Of a stretch of DNA of 64,000 nt, positions 24,397-37,484 are shown in pieces. The position numbers and the translations under genes were made by a program. This DNA is from Octopus vulgaris (Eukaryota): the NCBI GenBank assembly GCA_951406725.2, contig OX597831.1:7626001-7690000 (forward strand), in the 5' to 3' direction. The first letter of the stretch is position 1, and the number at the start of each line of letters is the position of its first letter. The notes beneath the pieces were generated by a model. The model was not told the origin of the DNA. It made no database searches and worked only from the letters and a program-made list of their open reading frames with translations.

Positions 24397-24902
24397 TCTA
24401 TATATATAAAACTCTAGTTGTGTGAGTGTCTGTCCCCTTCGATTTAGATTCCTAACTCCTCCCACATTTTGCGGTGCAGTTTAACCAAATTCGGGTATCT
24501 TATAGTCGTGATTCATATCGAGCCCGTCTGACTATTAGCGCGCGTCAACGATGAGTCTACGATTTTAAAAATAATTTAACATCATTTTTTATTCCATTTT
24601 AATGCATAAAATGCATCGTATATCGATGGCGGCGGAGTTGGCGTCCACGCTCACAGCTGCACCTGTTTGCTTCTCCCCCTTCCCTCCCTCGTGAAGCTGT
24701 GGGGAAGGGAGTGTAAAGAAATCAACGTCGTAATGCGTTGTGAAGGAAACCAGCGTTCTTTTAGAACAACGACTTCATGGCTTGAAGACACCAAAACAAA
24801 AATGGCTAAGAGAGCCCGAATTTATAAGGGAAGTAACTCTCTAAAAATGCTTATATAGTTATTTCCCTTACAAACCCGAGCAACGCCGGGCGATACTGCT
24901 AG
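24397..24902 (+). mobile_element. Non-autonomous Helitron, family A, copy 1
   Basis: Structure A|TCtatatatataaa ... cccgagcaacgccggg hairpin ... CTAG|T with no TSD. Homologous to about 62550-62849. Confidence 0.88.
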
Positions 24903-25654
24903 TCAGATATAAAAGTGGAGAGAAGAAAGAACAAGTGCAAGCATGGCTGTGCAGTGAAGGCATTTCCTTTGCAACCACATGGTCTCAGGTTCAGTCTCAC
25001 TGCATGGCACCTAGGGAAAGTGCCCTCAACTCATAGATCTGGGATGACCAAAGCTTTGTGAGTGAATCTGGTAGACAAAAACTGTGTGGAAGTCTGTCGT
25101 ATGTATGTGTGTCCCCAACAGTGCTTGACAACTGGTGTTAGTTTGTTTATATTCCTGTAACTTAGCAGTTTGGAAAAAGAGAGCAACAGAATAAATTTGA
25201 TTGACTAAACTCTTCAAGGTGGTGCCCCAGCATGGTCGCAGTCCAGTGACTGAAACAAGTCAAAGACAACAGATTGCAAAATCAATGACTTTACGAACTT
25301 AATTGATGGCTGGGTTTAAACGAAGGAAACGGAGGCAACTGAGAGACATCAGGACCCACCCCCCCGGAGGAGAGATTGTGGAAGGGTGAAAACAGTTCTT
25401 GTGGTTGTTGGTGCAATTCACAAGGTGTCCAAAGTTGGCACCAAAGAAGCTGAAGGACACTGGAATTGAGATGCGTGTTGCTGAGTAGCAGAAAAGTGTT
25501 ATCGTGTGTACAGGATGGTAATATCCGAGGTACCACACAGTGGGATTGAACCCAAAAGTACACAGTGGTCATGTGAGCCCCTTAACCACACAGCCATGCC
25601 TGCACCTATTTACAATAAAAGTGTTTTTAAGGAAAATGGAAAAAGTTAACTTAC

Positions 25655-25782
25655 TTTTTTGTCGTTTTTCTGGAAGTTGTTCTTGTTTTTGAGCTCTTTT
25701 TCCTTTTGATGAAGAACCATTTCTAGATAGACATTTAAGGCCGAGGAATCTGTGAATTCCTCTTCCAAGGCAGCTACACCGC
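25655..25782 (-). CDS. Coding exon 4: charged helical insert within ROC
   Basis: Acceptor ctcctctgcttctctcag, donor GTAAGT, 128 nt, phase 1 to 0. Reads GGVAALEEEFTDSSALNVYLEMVLHQKEKELKNKNNFQKNDKK. It is needed to bridge the phases of exons 3 and 5. Confidence 0.85.
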
Positions 25783-27267
25783 CTGAGAGAAGCAGAGGAG
25801 ATAAAAATATTTCAATAAACCAGATCCTCTACACTTGTAGAAAAAAAAAAAAAGGTGGGACAGTCATGGCTGGAGCCTCTTTGGTTGGAGAGGAAAATCA
25901 ACCATAATATACAAGTTTCTCATGTAAAGAAGTCAGGATTTGAAATTGTGACCTTCGTTTATTATAATTGCAAAAGGGAATGAATAATGAGTATTTCTGT
26001 TAATCAGGCCATGATGCATGATACAGAATTAGTTACGTTCCACAGAATGAGGTTTATAAAGACAAATAAGAACTGGTAGATTCGTCCAGTTACAAGAGTA
26101 TTGGTTATAATAAGGAGAACCTTAAAAAGAAGATATGATGTTGCAGACAGTTTGTTATTACAAATGTCCAGAGTAGGAGTCAGTTTGGTGCTGCCATTTT
26201 GGCATCACTCACTTATTTACCATCAGACATTTTTTAACGTTTCTCTCATTTCAATGCCTCTCTTCTCTCCCTCTCCCTCTCTCTATATGTATGAGCATCT
26301 AGATGTGTTTGTATGTATACATGTCTCCCTCTCCCCCCTCTCTCCATCTGTATGTGTATATTTCTATCCATGTGCACCTGTATGGTTACTGCCAATACCA
26401 AAAAGTACTTTTGCCAAAACAGGTCCAATGGCCATCCACCTGTGCCTAATCGTCTCATTCCAAAATGTCCACATTCCAACTCCTGATAATCACCTCTACA
26501 GCCATATACCAACATCGTCATCATCACTGTCGTCGTTGTCGTTAAACGTCCGCTTTCCATGCTGGCATGGGTTGGACGGTTTGACTGAGGACTGGTGAGT
26601 CAGAAAGCTGCACCAGGCTCCGATCTGATCTGGCAAAGTTTCTACAGCTGGATGCCCTTCCTAATGCCAACCACTCTGAGAGTGTAGTGGGTGCTTTTAC
26701 GAGCCAGCAGCATGAGGGCAAGTCCGGCGGCACTGGCAACAACCAAAAGCATGAAAATGTTGATGATGTTTTTGTTGTATAGCCCCAATGCTGCACTGTT
26801 TGTGAAAGCTTATAAACCAAAGATTCAGCCGCTTTGGCCATCCCATCTTTTGCTCAGACATATCATACCTAGAATTATATAATCCAATGAACACATCCTT
26901 CTTTTAAGACAGCAGGGTGCGATTTGAGGGAGACTTGGTCGCTACTTGCAGCAGGTCAAGTGACAACTTAGTGGTAACCATTCTTTGGCTCGTAAAGGGT
27001 GAAGCATTGTGAAGAAACATTCAAGTTAATCCACTGGTATTCATAAAAACATGAAGCTGCTATTAGAAACATTGGGAAATTATTGGTCGAACAAAAGACC
27101 TTTGTGTTTCAATGAGCGATAAACATCAACTCACTAGAATGCACACTATAATCCAATGTTTTCACAAACACATAATGATGTTAAAACCCTATTTGCTGTG
27201 AAATAAGTGAGTTAGCTTATTTCCAAAACCACAACTACACAGTTGTGTGTGTGTGTATGTTTGTGCA

Positions 27268-27623
27268 TGCATGCAAACATTATATATATATATATATATA
27301 TACATACGCATGTATGTATGTATATATACATTATATATATATATTATATATATATATATATACATACACATGTATGTATGTATGTATATATATATATATA
27401 TTTATACATTAAATATATATACACATTATATATATATATATATATATATACACATTATATATATATACACATTATATATATATATATACATTATATATAC
27501 ACATTATATATAACATTTATATATATATATATATAATGTGTATCATCATCATCATCATCATCGTTAAGCGATGATGATGATGATGATGATACACATTATA
27601 TATATATATATAAAAATGTTATA
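27268..27623. repeat. (TA)n-rich microsatellite ending in a palindrome with 55-bp arms
   Basis: Arms 27509-27563 and 27569-27623 with one mismatch; loop ttaag. Confidence 0.93.
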
Positions 27624-28166
27624 GTGATGTTCAGAACCAGTTAAAAGAACATTTGTCATTATTTACGACAAATGTGTTCTTGCTGCGTGGAAAAAGCTTT
27701 GTATTGCTGTATTATGTATCAGGAACTGTGTGGTGCTGTACCACCATAAAAAGTAAAAAAAAGGAACACAAAAAAAAAAAAAAGGAAAGAAAAAGAAGAA
27801 AACGACAAAGAAAAACAAAGGTGGATAATTTCGAAGAACTGTAAAGAAATGATATGTTGGATGCATGAAATGAAAATAGGTTGGGTAGTAAAAAAAAAAA
27901 AAAAGGGTTCTGAACTTAATCAAGTTAATAATATCGCTGGCAATTGGATGCTTGAAATGTTGTCTTTGTAAGAAGAGGATGCAAATAATGGTAAAAACAT
28001 ATCATGCAAAATGATCAAGAGAGAATTGCAATGACAGTAAATGGGCAATGAACTGGGTCGGGGGGGGGGGCGTAGGGACATGAAATAAATTAGTTTGTAA
28101 CAAAATGGAAAACTGCCAAAATAATCTTCAAAGTTGTTATTATTATTATTGTTATTATTATTATTA

Positions 28167-28198
<32 letters not shown>

Positions 28199-28347
28199 TT
28201 TATTACTACTATTACTATTACTATTATTATTTCTATTACTAATATTATTATTATCATTATTATTATTATTATTACTACTATTACTATTACTATTATTATT
28301 TCTATTACTAATATTATTATTATCATTATCATTATTATTATTATTAT

Positions 28348-28901
28348 TGAGTGAGAGAGCAGTTCATGCCATCAAAGTGACACTGGGGTAAATATACGAA
28401 GCCCAATATACCCATCATGACTACCCGTCTGATAAAGGTACACCAGGCACATGCATCACAACCATATGTGCGCGACATGGTGATCTCATATCAAGATAAA
28501 CAGCACATGACCTTGCAGGTGGGGCCCAGTTAGAATTTTCTTCAGGTTGAGTAGCCCATCCTGCTCAAACGGTCCCTGAATAAGGGTTGCTTTAGGATGT
28601 TGAACGAAACACCTATGTTTCCAGAGGTGAACCATTCAAACTCCAAAGAATCCCTCTCAACACATGGCCATGATGCTCCCCCACTACTTCTGCTCGTGAT
28701 CAGAGATGCACATATCGTCAGCCACTAAGGGACATGCTCAACTGGTTACGGTCAAACAACTGACAAGCAAATCTGTGGTATTGAGCAGAATATTTGCTGT
28801 AGCCCATCTTTTATACCAAGACAAAACAATGTACATGATAACACTTCCAATCAGTTAAGATCAGAAGCCATGAGAGCCACTGCCTGGTACTGCATCAGGG
28901 C

Positions 28902-28904
<3 letters not shown>
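28348..28904. mobile_element. (TAA)n-embedded element, copy 2, inverted relative to copy 1
   Basis: Flanked by long (ATT/ACT)n tracts at 28135-28347 and 28905-29078. A partial third copy lies at about 29305-29840. Confidence 0.9.
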
Positions 28905-28976
<72 letters not shown>

Positions 28977-29017
28977 TACTATTACTATTACTATTTCTAT
29001 TACTAATATTATTATTA

Positions 29018-29052
<35 letters not shown>

Positions 29053-29379
29053 ATTATTATTATTATTATCATCATTATTAAGGCTGCGAGCTGGCATAAT
29101 TGTTCACACAGCAGACGAAATGCTTAGAGGTAGTTTATCAGTTTATATGTACTGAGTTCAAACTCCACCAAGGTTAAACTCTGCTGTTCATCCTTTTGGA
29201 GTCAGTAAAGTAAGTACAAGTTGAGCCCTGGGGTCAATTTAATTGATTTATCTCCCTCTCCAAAACTGTTGACCTTGTGCCTAAATTTGAGACAATTATT
29301 ATTATTGAGTGAGAGAGCAGTGCAAGTCAGCAAAGTGGTGCTGGGGCATGAATATTCAAAGCCCAATAAACCTATCATG

Positions 29380-29770
29380 GATTGGATTGGAAGCACTCCG
29401 TCGGTTACGACGACGAGGGTTCCGGTTGATCCGATCAACAGAACAGCCTGCTCGTGAAATTAATGTGTAAGTGGCTGAGCACTCCACAGACACGTGTACC
29501 CTTAACGCAGTTCTCGGGGATATTCAGCATGACACAGAGAGTGACAAGGCCGGCCCTTTGAAATACAGGTACAACAGAAACAGGAAGTAAGAGTGAGAGA
29601 AAGTTGTGGTGAAAGAGTATAGCAGGGGTCACCACCATCCCTGCCGGAGCCTTGTGGAGCTTTAGGTGTTTTCGCTCGATAAACACTCACAACGCCCGGT
29701 CTGGGAATCGAAACCGCGATCCTACGACCGCGAGTCCGCTGCCCTAACCACTGGGCCATTGTGCCTCCAC
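29380..29770 (-). mobile_element. tRNA-derived SINE (head H1, tail T1) nested in the third copy of the TAA-embedded element
   Basis: A-box TGGCCCAGTGG, B-box GGTTTCGATTCC, (CCAAT)n tail. 12-bp TSD aaacctatcatg at 29368-29379 and 29771-29782. Confidence 0.92.
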
Positions 29771-29912
29771 AAACCTATCATGACAACCCGTCTGATAAGG
29801 GTACACAAGGCACATGCATCACAACCATGGTGATCTCATATATAATAATAATAAGTTAGTTATTAAGTTATAAAATTAGATTTCAGAAATATTTAAACGT
29901 TAAATGATTTAC

Positions 29913-30067
29913 CAATAATATCTCTGGGAGCATCTGTTTTTTGGTGTTGTTCTTTGTCGACATTTTCACCATTAAGGTTTAGCCTCCAAGCTTTTGAATC
30001 AGATGTATTGAAAGAGCAAGACTCAGACAAATCCACACCATCCGTACTTTCCAGGGGTTGGTCATCT
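29913..30067 (-). CDS. Coding exon 3: ROC switch I (G2) and start of the insert
   Basis: Acceptor tttttatttacag, donor GTAAAT, 155 nt, phase 2 to 1. Reads KDDQPLESTDGVDLSESCSFNTSDSKAWRLNLNGENVDKEQHQKTDAPRDII. STDGVD is the Roco G2 motif. Confidence 0.9.
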
Positions 30068-31249
30068 CTGTAAATAAAAACTGTAAATGTTACTCAGAAT
30101 TATACTTAAATTATAAATTAAGATTTATTTTTTCTTTCAAGAGCAGGATATTTTTATCTTTTGTTCTTTGGAACAGATGGTTTTATAATGGATGCCCTTC
30201 CTATTGCTAAACACTTAGGTGTAAAGTGGAATTGGGACCTGCTCCTTTTTTCATATTTTTTCCTCCCTGGTTAAGCAAACTTGAACAAGTTGAATTGGGG
30301 CCTGGCTCTTATGGTAAGATTTGAACTTATGACTATTTCATCATCATCATCATTTTTAAGTTGCAACGGTCAGACGGAATTTATTGAGGCAAATTTTCTA
30401 TGGCTGAATGCGCTTCTTGCCACCAACACTTACCTGCTTCCAAGTTAAGTAGTATTCCTCCATGACCAGAGAAGTTTCCAGAGAAAAATGGAAATGAAGG
30501 ACACTGTTTGCATAATGGTGACATTTCTTTACAACTCTGGTGCACACACACATACACACACACACACATGTACATACACACACACAGATGAAGGACTTCT
30601 TTCAATTCCATCTAACGAATCCACTCAACCTTGATGCCATGCAGTGGGATTGAACCTGAAACCATGGGGTTGGGAAGCATACTTCTTAACCACACAACCA
30701 TGCAGTACTTATTAAGCGATCAATATTTTAGTCCACAGTCAAATTAAAGAAATAAAACGTTTTTTGTCCAGGTGTATACCTCACTACAATGACAGACGGT
30801 CGAAGCCTGTCCTTGTAATGTCTGGTTTTGTTTTCCCATGTCTTTAAAAAATATCAAAATTGGGTAAAATGTAGTATTTGAAAAGCAGCAATAACAGACA
30901 AAGAATTTCCTCAGTACAAAACGAAATCATCACCATCATCATCATTCGTCATCATTTAATGTCTGTTGTCCATGCTGGCAGAACAAAAATGGAAAAACAA
31001 AAATCTTTCAAGTTAGCAGCAAGAAAAAAAAAAGAAAAGAAAACAGAAAAAATGTCCAGCTTTACAAGAAATCTTGTAACAACAAATGGTTTCCTGAGAA
31101 GATTGGTCATCGATTGAGGTATTTCTTCATAATCTGGTAACAGAAAGACCTCAATGAAGTTTATGGAGAGAATTAACAGAAGTTGGTGGGGATGTATCAC
31201 AATCTAAACATATTCTTGAGGAATGTGACAGCACCGACATTAATGATAA

Positions 31250-31489
31250 AAAGGCGGCGAGCTGGCAGAACCGTTAGCACGCCGGACAAAATGCACAGCC
31301 GTATTTCGTCTGCTGTTACGTTCTGAGTTCAAATTCCGCCGAGGTCGACTTTGCCTTTCATCCTTTCGGGGTCGATAAATTAAGTACCAGTTACGCATTG
31401 GGGTCAGTGTAATCGACTTAATCCGTTTGTCTGTCCTTGTTTGTCCTCTCTGTGTTTAGGTTTAGCCTCTTGTGGGTAGTAAAGAAATA
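31250..31489 (+). mobile_element. Family A SINE (Deu/Nin-type core), full length
   Basis: 14-bp TSD gacattaatgataa at 31236-31249 and 31490-31503. Confidence 0.9.
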
Positions 31490-32099
31490 GACATTAATGA
31501 TAATAATGGTCTTTTAGCACAAGGCCAGCATTTTTATGGGGAGGGGGTTATCTCAGTTACACAGACCCTGGTACTTGACTGATACTTTATTTGATCAATC
31601 CCAGAAGGATGAAAGGCAAAAGGATTTGAACTCAGAACATAAAGAGACAAAATAAATGCTGCTAAGCATGTTGTCCAATGCACTAATTGCTTTGCAAGTT
31701 TGTTCTCTTAACGATAATTATAATAATCCTGTCAACTATAGGCAGAAGACCTGAAATTTGGGGGAAGTGGGGGAGGGGAGGTTAGTCATGTGTATCAACC
31801 CCAGTACTCAACTGGTACTTCGACTCTGAAAGAATAGATTAAGCAGATTCCTCTTAACCTATTAATCTTATATGATATCATTTTATCTTCGTTATTAGTT
31901 GTCAGTGAGGTAAATGCATCCTGACCTAATTAAGCTTTTTTGTCAACTACTAGATATATAAAATAACCCTTAAATTCTAAAAAGCTCATTCTAAACTATA
32001 GCCACATCAGATTTCAAAACAATCTCTACTACCATATTCACTAAGACTTTAAGATTGCCCCATCTAGAATATACTCCAAAGAAGGAGACTGTTTAATAC

Positions 32100-32447
32100 C
32101 AACGCCGAGCCATAGTTCTAGTGCATGCATATACAGCTACGTGCATGCGCACATACACGCGAGTACTGTCCAAATCTCCGACCAATCACATACAGCTAGC
32201 TGGCATTCAATTGGCGTATCAAGTTTCGGGCATTTTGATTGGGTTTTGGATAGAAAATTCACAAAAAAGTCACTTCTATTGATTTTTTAATGGCTCTGTG
32301 GGGGTGACTGGGGAAATGTAAAGATGTGCACAACCACCCTTGGACGGTTTTGAATGACCATGGAAAGTGCGAGCCCTCTAACTGAAAAATTGTGGATTTG
32401 TATAAAGGACACACACACAGACATTTTGGTGTATATATACAGAGAGA
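32100..32447 (-). mobile_element. Non-autonomous Helitron, family B, 3'-truncated copy
   Basis: Closely matches 57626-57991. The 5' TC end is intact and the 3' hairpin is half lost. Confidence 0.82.
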
Positions 32448-35400
32448 TTCCTCAGTTCACTTCCCCCACCCGAACGGGTGAAATCTTGATCAAAGCTGCA
32501 TAGGAACACCTACCCGGGATGAATATGTACTGCAAAGAAACCAACTCAATGCACAGACAATGCTACATCAAAGGACATTAGGATCACTTATCCATCAGAA
32601 ACACATGTTGGATGGGAATTTAATGGGAATTTAATGAGAATGATAATAATAATAATACTGGTCGTATACTGTCAACTCAATGTGACAGTCCCGTAAGGGA
32701 ATTACACCACCGCCATTTAGCCCTAGGAAACATCAACGCTTTGACACATTTTCTGTGTCCTTATATTTGCAAAGGGGAGGCAATCTAGTCCCAATAATAT
32801 TACTGTCATAAACAAATTTTGAAGATGTATAATCCTCCATTCTTCTTTAAATCTTGTGCATGTGTGCGTGTGTGTGTGTGTGGGGGTACACACACTATTT
32901 ATGAGAGGCATAAAGATCTTCACAAATTGTGACTCAGTTTTACATGACTGCTCATCAGACAGTTGCTATGACACCCTATATCATATATCATCATCATCAT
33001 CATTGTTTAACGTCCGCTTTCCACGCTGTCATGGGTTGGACGGTTTGACTGAGGACTGGCAAGCCAGAAGGCTGCACCAGGCTCCAATCTGATCTGGCAA
33101 GGTTTTCTACAGCTGGATGCCCTTCCTAACACCAACCACTCTGAGAGTGTAGTGGGTGCTTTTACGTGCCACCGGCATGATGGCCAGTCAGGCGGTTCTG
33201 GCAATGACCACGCTGTAAAGGTGTTTTTAACCTGCTACCTGCACGGGAGCCAGTCCGGCTGCACTGGCAACAACCGAACTCAAATGTTGTTTTCCACGTG
33301 TCACTGGCACGTGTGCCAGTAAGGCGATGATGGCAACGATCACACTCAAATGGTGCTTTTTACGTGCCACTAATACACACACATACACATACACACACAT
33401 ACACACACTCACACACACACACACACACACAACTATTATGAAAAAGCTTTTTGTGAAGACAATAATACACAAAATAATTTATATAAACTAATGTCTCTTA
33501 AGATTTTTGAGATTTTGAAATAAATGGCTGAAGTTGAAATGTCTGGAAAAATTTACTGAGAACAACTTGTGTCATTGTTATTGATTTCTGTCTTTATTTG
33601 TTGCTGTTGCTGTTGTTATGTGTGCTATAGCAGCCATGACCTCTGTCGGTTGTCATAGACTATTGAGATTAATGAGGTTGGTGTCCAACACGATCACCTT
33701 GTTGGTTAATGTCTGTAGGGGAACACATGGCACGGGAAGGGGCGGTGGTGGTGGTGGTGGTGGTGGTGAGGGTAAACAAGGTCACACACTTTTTGAAAAG
33801 GTACAGCAGTGGATTTAAATGTACTGATGTGTTTTGCTGATATTTATTTTATCAGTCTCTTTTTGATGTTCTGCTAGGTTACAGGGGACACAAACAAACC
33901 CATACTGGTTACCCAGTGGTGAGAGACAAATGTGTACACACACAAAGTATGCCCCTCCAAACCCATTGCATTTTGTCAAGCCTTCCAATCCACGTGAGCA
34001 TGGAAAGATGATGATGATGATGATGATGATGTGTGTGATGATGATGTGTGTGTATGTGTATGGATGAAAGCAGGAAAGGTGATAAACAAAAGTAGGCATC
34101 AAGAGTGTATTTATATGGTGGGTTGCATACAGAAATAAGTGAACAATACAATCAAGTGTTATCTTTACAGCTGTTTCGGATGAACAATGACTGGTGCCAT
34201 AACTAGGTATATTATGTGATAACATTGTAGGTGTATGGATTAGCATGATTCTGAAAGATCTGAGGCAAAATCATGTTAGCCTGATCAGAAACTCAGGCAA
34301 ATAGTTTAATAGAAAACAGTATTTATAAATATAAGTTCAATAGGGAATGAAAAGAGAAAGGTTCAGTGGGGTTAAAGTGAGAGTAAGATGAGATGGAGAG
34401 AGAAGGGTGGGGTTGATGGTCAGAAGAGTTAGTAATTAAAAGACATCAGTTAACAACATTAAAGAAAAAATAAAGGAGGATAAAAATGGCAATGAAAACA
34501 GAGAAGTAGGTAAGATTGAAGGGAGGCCAATGTCTAATGAAGAAGAGATTAAGTGGGAGAGATTAAAAAGACAGCAATGTTGTGGGCAATCAATAGAGAG
34601 ATGCAAGCAGAACAGTGGTCAGTCATGGAGACGAAAAAATATAAAGAAATTATGAAGAAGATGCTGACAGGGTGTCAGTTGAATAAAGAACACAGATCAA
34701 TAAAATGGGGGCAGGAGATGTGTGGGGTGCTAGTAAGAAAGAGAGGAGAGGGGGGAAGGTGAGAATATCTAAAGTGTGACTAAATTTAGTGGTACAGGAG
34801 CACAGTCACTGACTCAATTACGAGCCCTCCACATGGTTGCTTGATCTGTTAGAAACAGAAGAGAAATGACATTCAGATTTGTCAAATTCATTTTAATTAA
34901 GGGCAACATCAGATAAAATCATTCTTGAGGTTTACAGCTATTGAAGAAAAATAAATGGAGTGGTCATGTTCGGGATAAATCTGATCATAAGTCCACTGAA
35001 ACAGGGCTGACTTGAGGCCAAACAATAACAACAACTTTGTCTTTCATTACCAAGACTCTGAGGTTAATTATAACAAATTAATTATCAGCAACATACTATG
35101 TGATTAATAATTTAATCAGTTCTGCTCCAAGCTACAAATTTGGGGCTTCACAATAAAGTTAGAAATGAATTTCATTAGTTTCTTAAAAAAGGCAGTGGAT
35201 CTGAAGAATTGTTGGAGCACCTGACAAAATGCCTTGTGACATTTAGTTACAGCTCTTCACATTGTGATTTCAAATCCAGCTGAACTCATCTTTGTCTTTC
35301 ATCTTCCTTGATAAAATGAAATATCAGCCAAGTACTCAAGAGGAGAGGAGATTCTAATCAACTACCCCACGGCTGGCTAATTTTCTTACATTTCAAGTTT

Positions 35401-36957
35401 GAATTGAATTAAGTGTAATTCAATAAACCAGCATTAACGAACATTTTAGCAAATATATGGGAAAATGTAATTACATTTATTGTGAAAATGTAATTATGAA
35501 TATTCAGATTGGAAATTAAAACATAAATTTATTTTTACAGGTATTTTTGTGACAATTTAAGAACATTAGAATAAATAAAACACTATGTAATCAGCAAAAA
35601 TTAGATTTTTAATACAAAATCCAGACTTCTTTCAGAAAACAGCAATTACAGGTTTCAAAAATTTGCCTGAAGCTGTCTCTTAAGCTACAAGTTCCTCATT
35701 CCCAAATCAGCACAGAATTAACAGTATTATGGGCCCTGAGCAAAGCAATGCACAAGGGCCACTACATACACAAACATAGCATATATGCATCAGCACTGGA
35801 CCCCTAGATACATGGGGGCCTGAGTAAACACAAGCTTAATTTTCTAACCACATAGTTTCAGGTTCAGTCCTACTGTGCAGCACATTGACAAGTGTCTTCT
35901 GTTATGGCCCTGCTGCACTCTTTTCACCCTACCACACTTACCTACCCAACCTCTTTTTCAGTTCCTCCATCCCTATTCACTTTGAGGGTATGTCCACACC
36001 ATGTCTCTCTCACTTTCCAGCTGGGAAACCATGTATTCACCTCTTCATGCGGATTCCTCCTCCCGTCCTTTAATAAAAGACTCCATTCAGTTTGAAGGGC
36101 GTTGCCTTCAAAGTACTCGGTGACCTCACTAGTACTGGTACTACATCCAGAACACTCTGGCCGGCATCAGGAATGACATCCAGCTGGAGAAAGTATGGCC
36201 AAGGCAGAAATTGGAGCTTGGTGCAACCCACCCCTCATCCCTACCCAGTTCCTCAGTTTCTATCAAACTGTCCAACCCATGCCAGCATGGAAAATGGACA
36301 CTAAACGATGACGATGATGATGATGAAGGTCATGATATATCTATGTATGGGTGTGTTAGTGTTTTGTGTGCTCAACCGCCCCAGAAATTTGGCAAAGGAA
36401 ACCCAACAGATTATGTACCAGAACTACTGGGGCTGATCTGCTTGACCAAATCGTTTAAGGCCACAGTCCAATGCGGCCACAAGTAAAATGTTAAGAAAAG
36501 GGAGAAAAACTGCTCTGAACAACATCCACCCACCCATCCACCCAAGACGTTAAAATTAATATCTTAAAGACAGTGCAGTGTCTGAAATAGCACAAGAGTA
36601 TTTAGTTCTATCTTTGAACGTTTGGCAGAACGACTCGTTTTATTTCTTTCTTCTTAAACAGATGTGCCTGGCACATAGAGTGGTCAAGTCTGATTGATTA
36701 TTATCTTGTACTTCCAAGCGTCTGGCCTTGTGCCAATGGAAATAAAAGAAATCAATAGAAGTCATCAACCTCAAAGAGATGAAAGACGAAGACAGTCTGC
36801 AGTGGAACTCTAAAATGTAGATCAGTGTTTCTCAAAAGGTGTTGCACAAAGAGTAGCTTGGTATGCAGTGTTAAAAATATACTAAATGACTTCAGGAAAT
36901 TCATGATAATGTTTCAGTGTCTTGGAAAAGTGATTCATAATTTTGGTAAATACAGAA

Positions 36958-37484
36958 GTAGATTAATAAAACAGGGTAAGTAAATTAAAGGTAGATTAAT
37001 AAAACAGGGTAAGTAAATTAAAGGTAGATTAATGAAACAGGGAAGTAAATTAAGGTAGATTAATAAAATAAGGTAAGTTAATTAAAGGTAGATTAATAAA
37101 ATGGGGTAAGTAAATTAAGGTAGATTAATAAAACAAGGTAAGTTAATTAAAGGTAGATTAATAAAACAGGGAAGTAAATTAAGGTAGATTAATAAAACAA
37201 GGAAAGTTAATTAAGGTAGATTAATAAAACAAGGTAAGTTAAGGTAGATTAATAAAACAAGGTAAGTAAATTAAGGTAGATTAATAAAACAAGGAAAGTT
37301 AATTAAGGTAGATTAATAAAACAGGGAAGTAAATTAAGGTAGATTAATAAAACAAGGAAAGTTAATTAAGGTAGATTAATAAAACAAAGTAAATTAAGGT
37401 AGATTAATAAAACAAGGAAAGTTAATTAAGGTAGATTAATAAAACAAAGTAAATTAAGGTAGATTAATAAAACAAGGTAAGTAA
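36958..37484. repeat. AT-rich minisatellite, about 17 units of 27-33 bp (ggtagattaataaaacaaggtaagttaattaa)
   Basis: Directly visible. A 60-bp higher-order dimer occurs near 37371-37480. Confidence 0.96.

Noticed and set aside
29690-29770. tRNA-like sequences with A and B boxes (also at about 61890-61970 and 54797-54870)
   Set aside because: They are SINE heads continuous with SINE bodies, two with TSDs, and are not tRNA genes.
36958-37484. CRISPR-like array of about 30-bp repeats
   Set aside because: Head-to-tail units with no unique spacers, in a eukaryotic intron with no cas genes.
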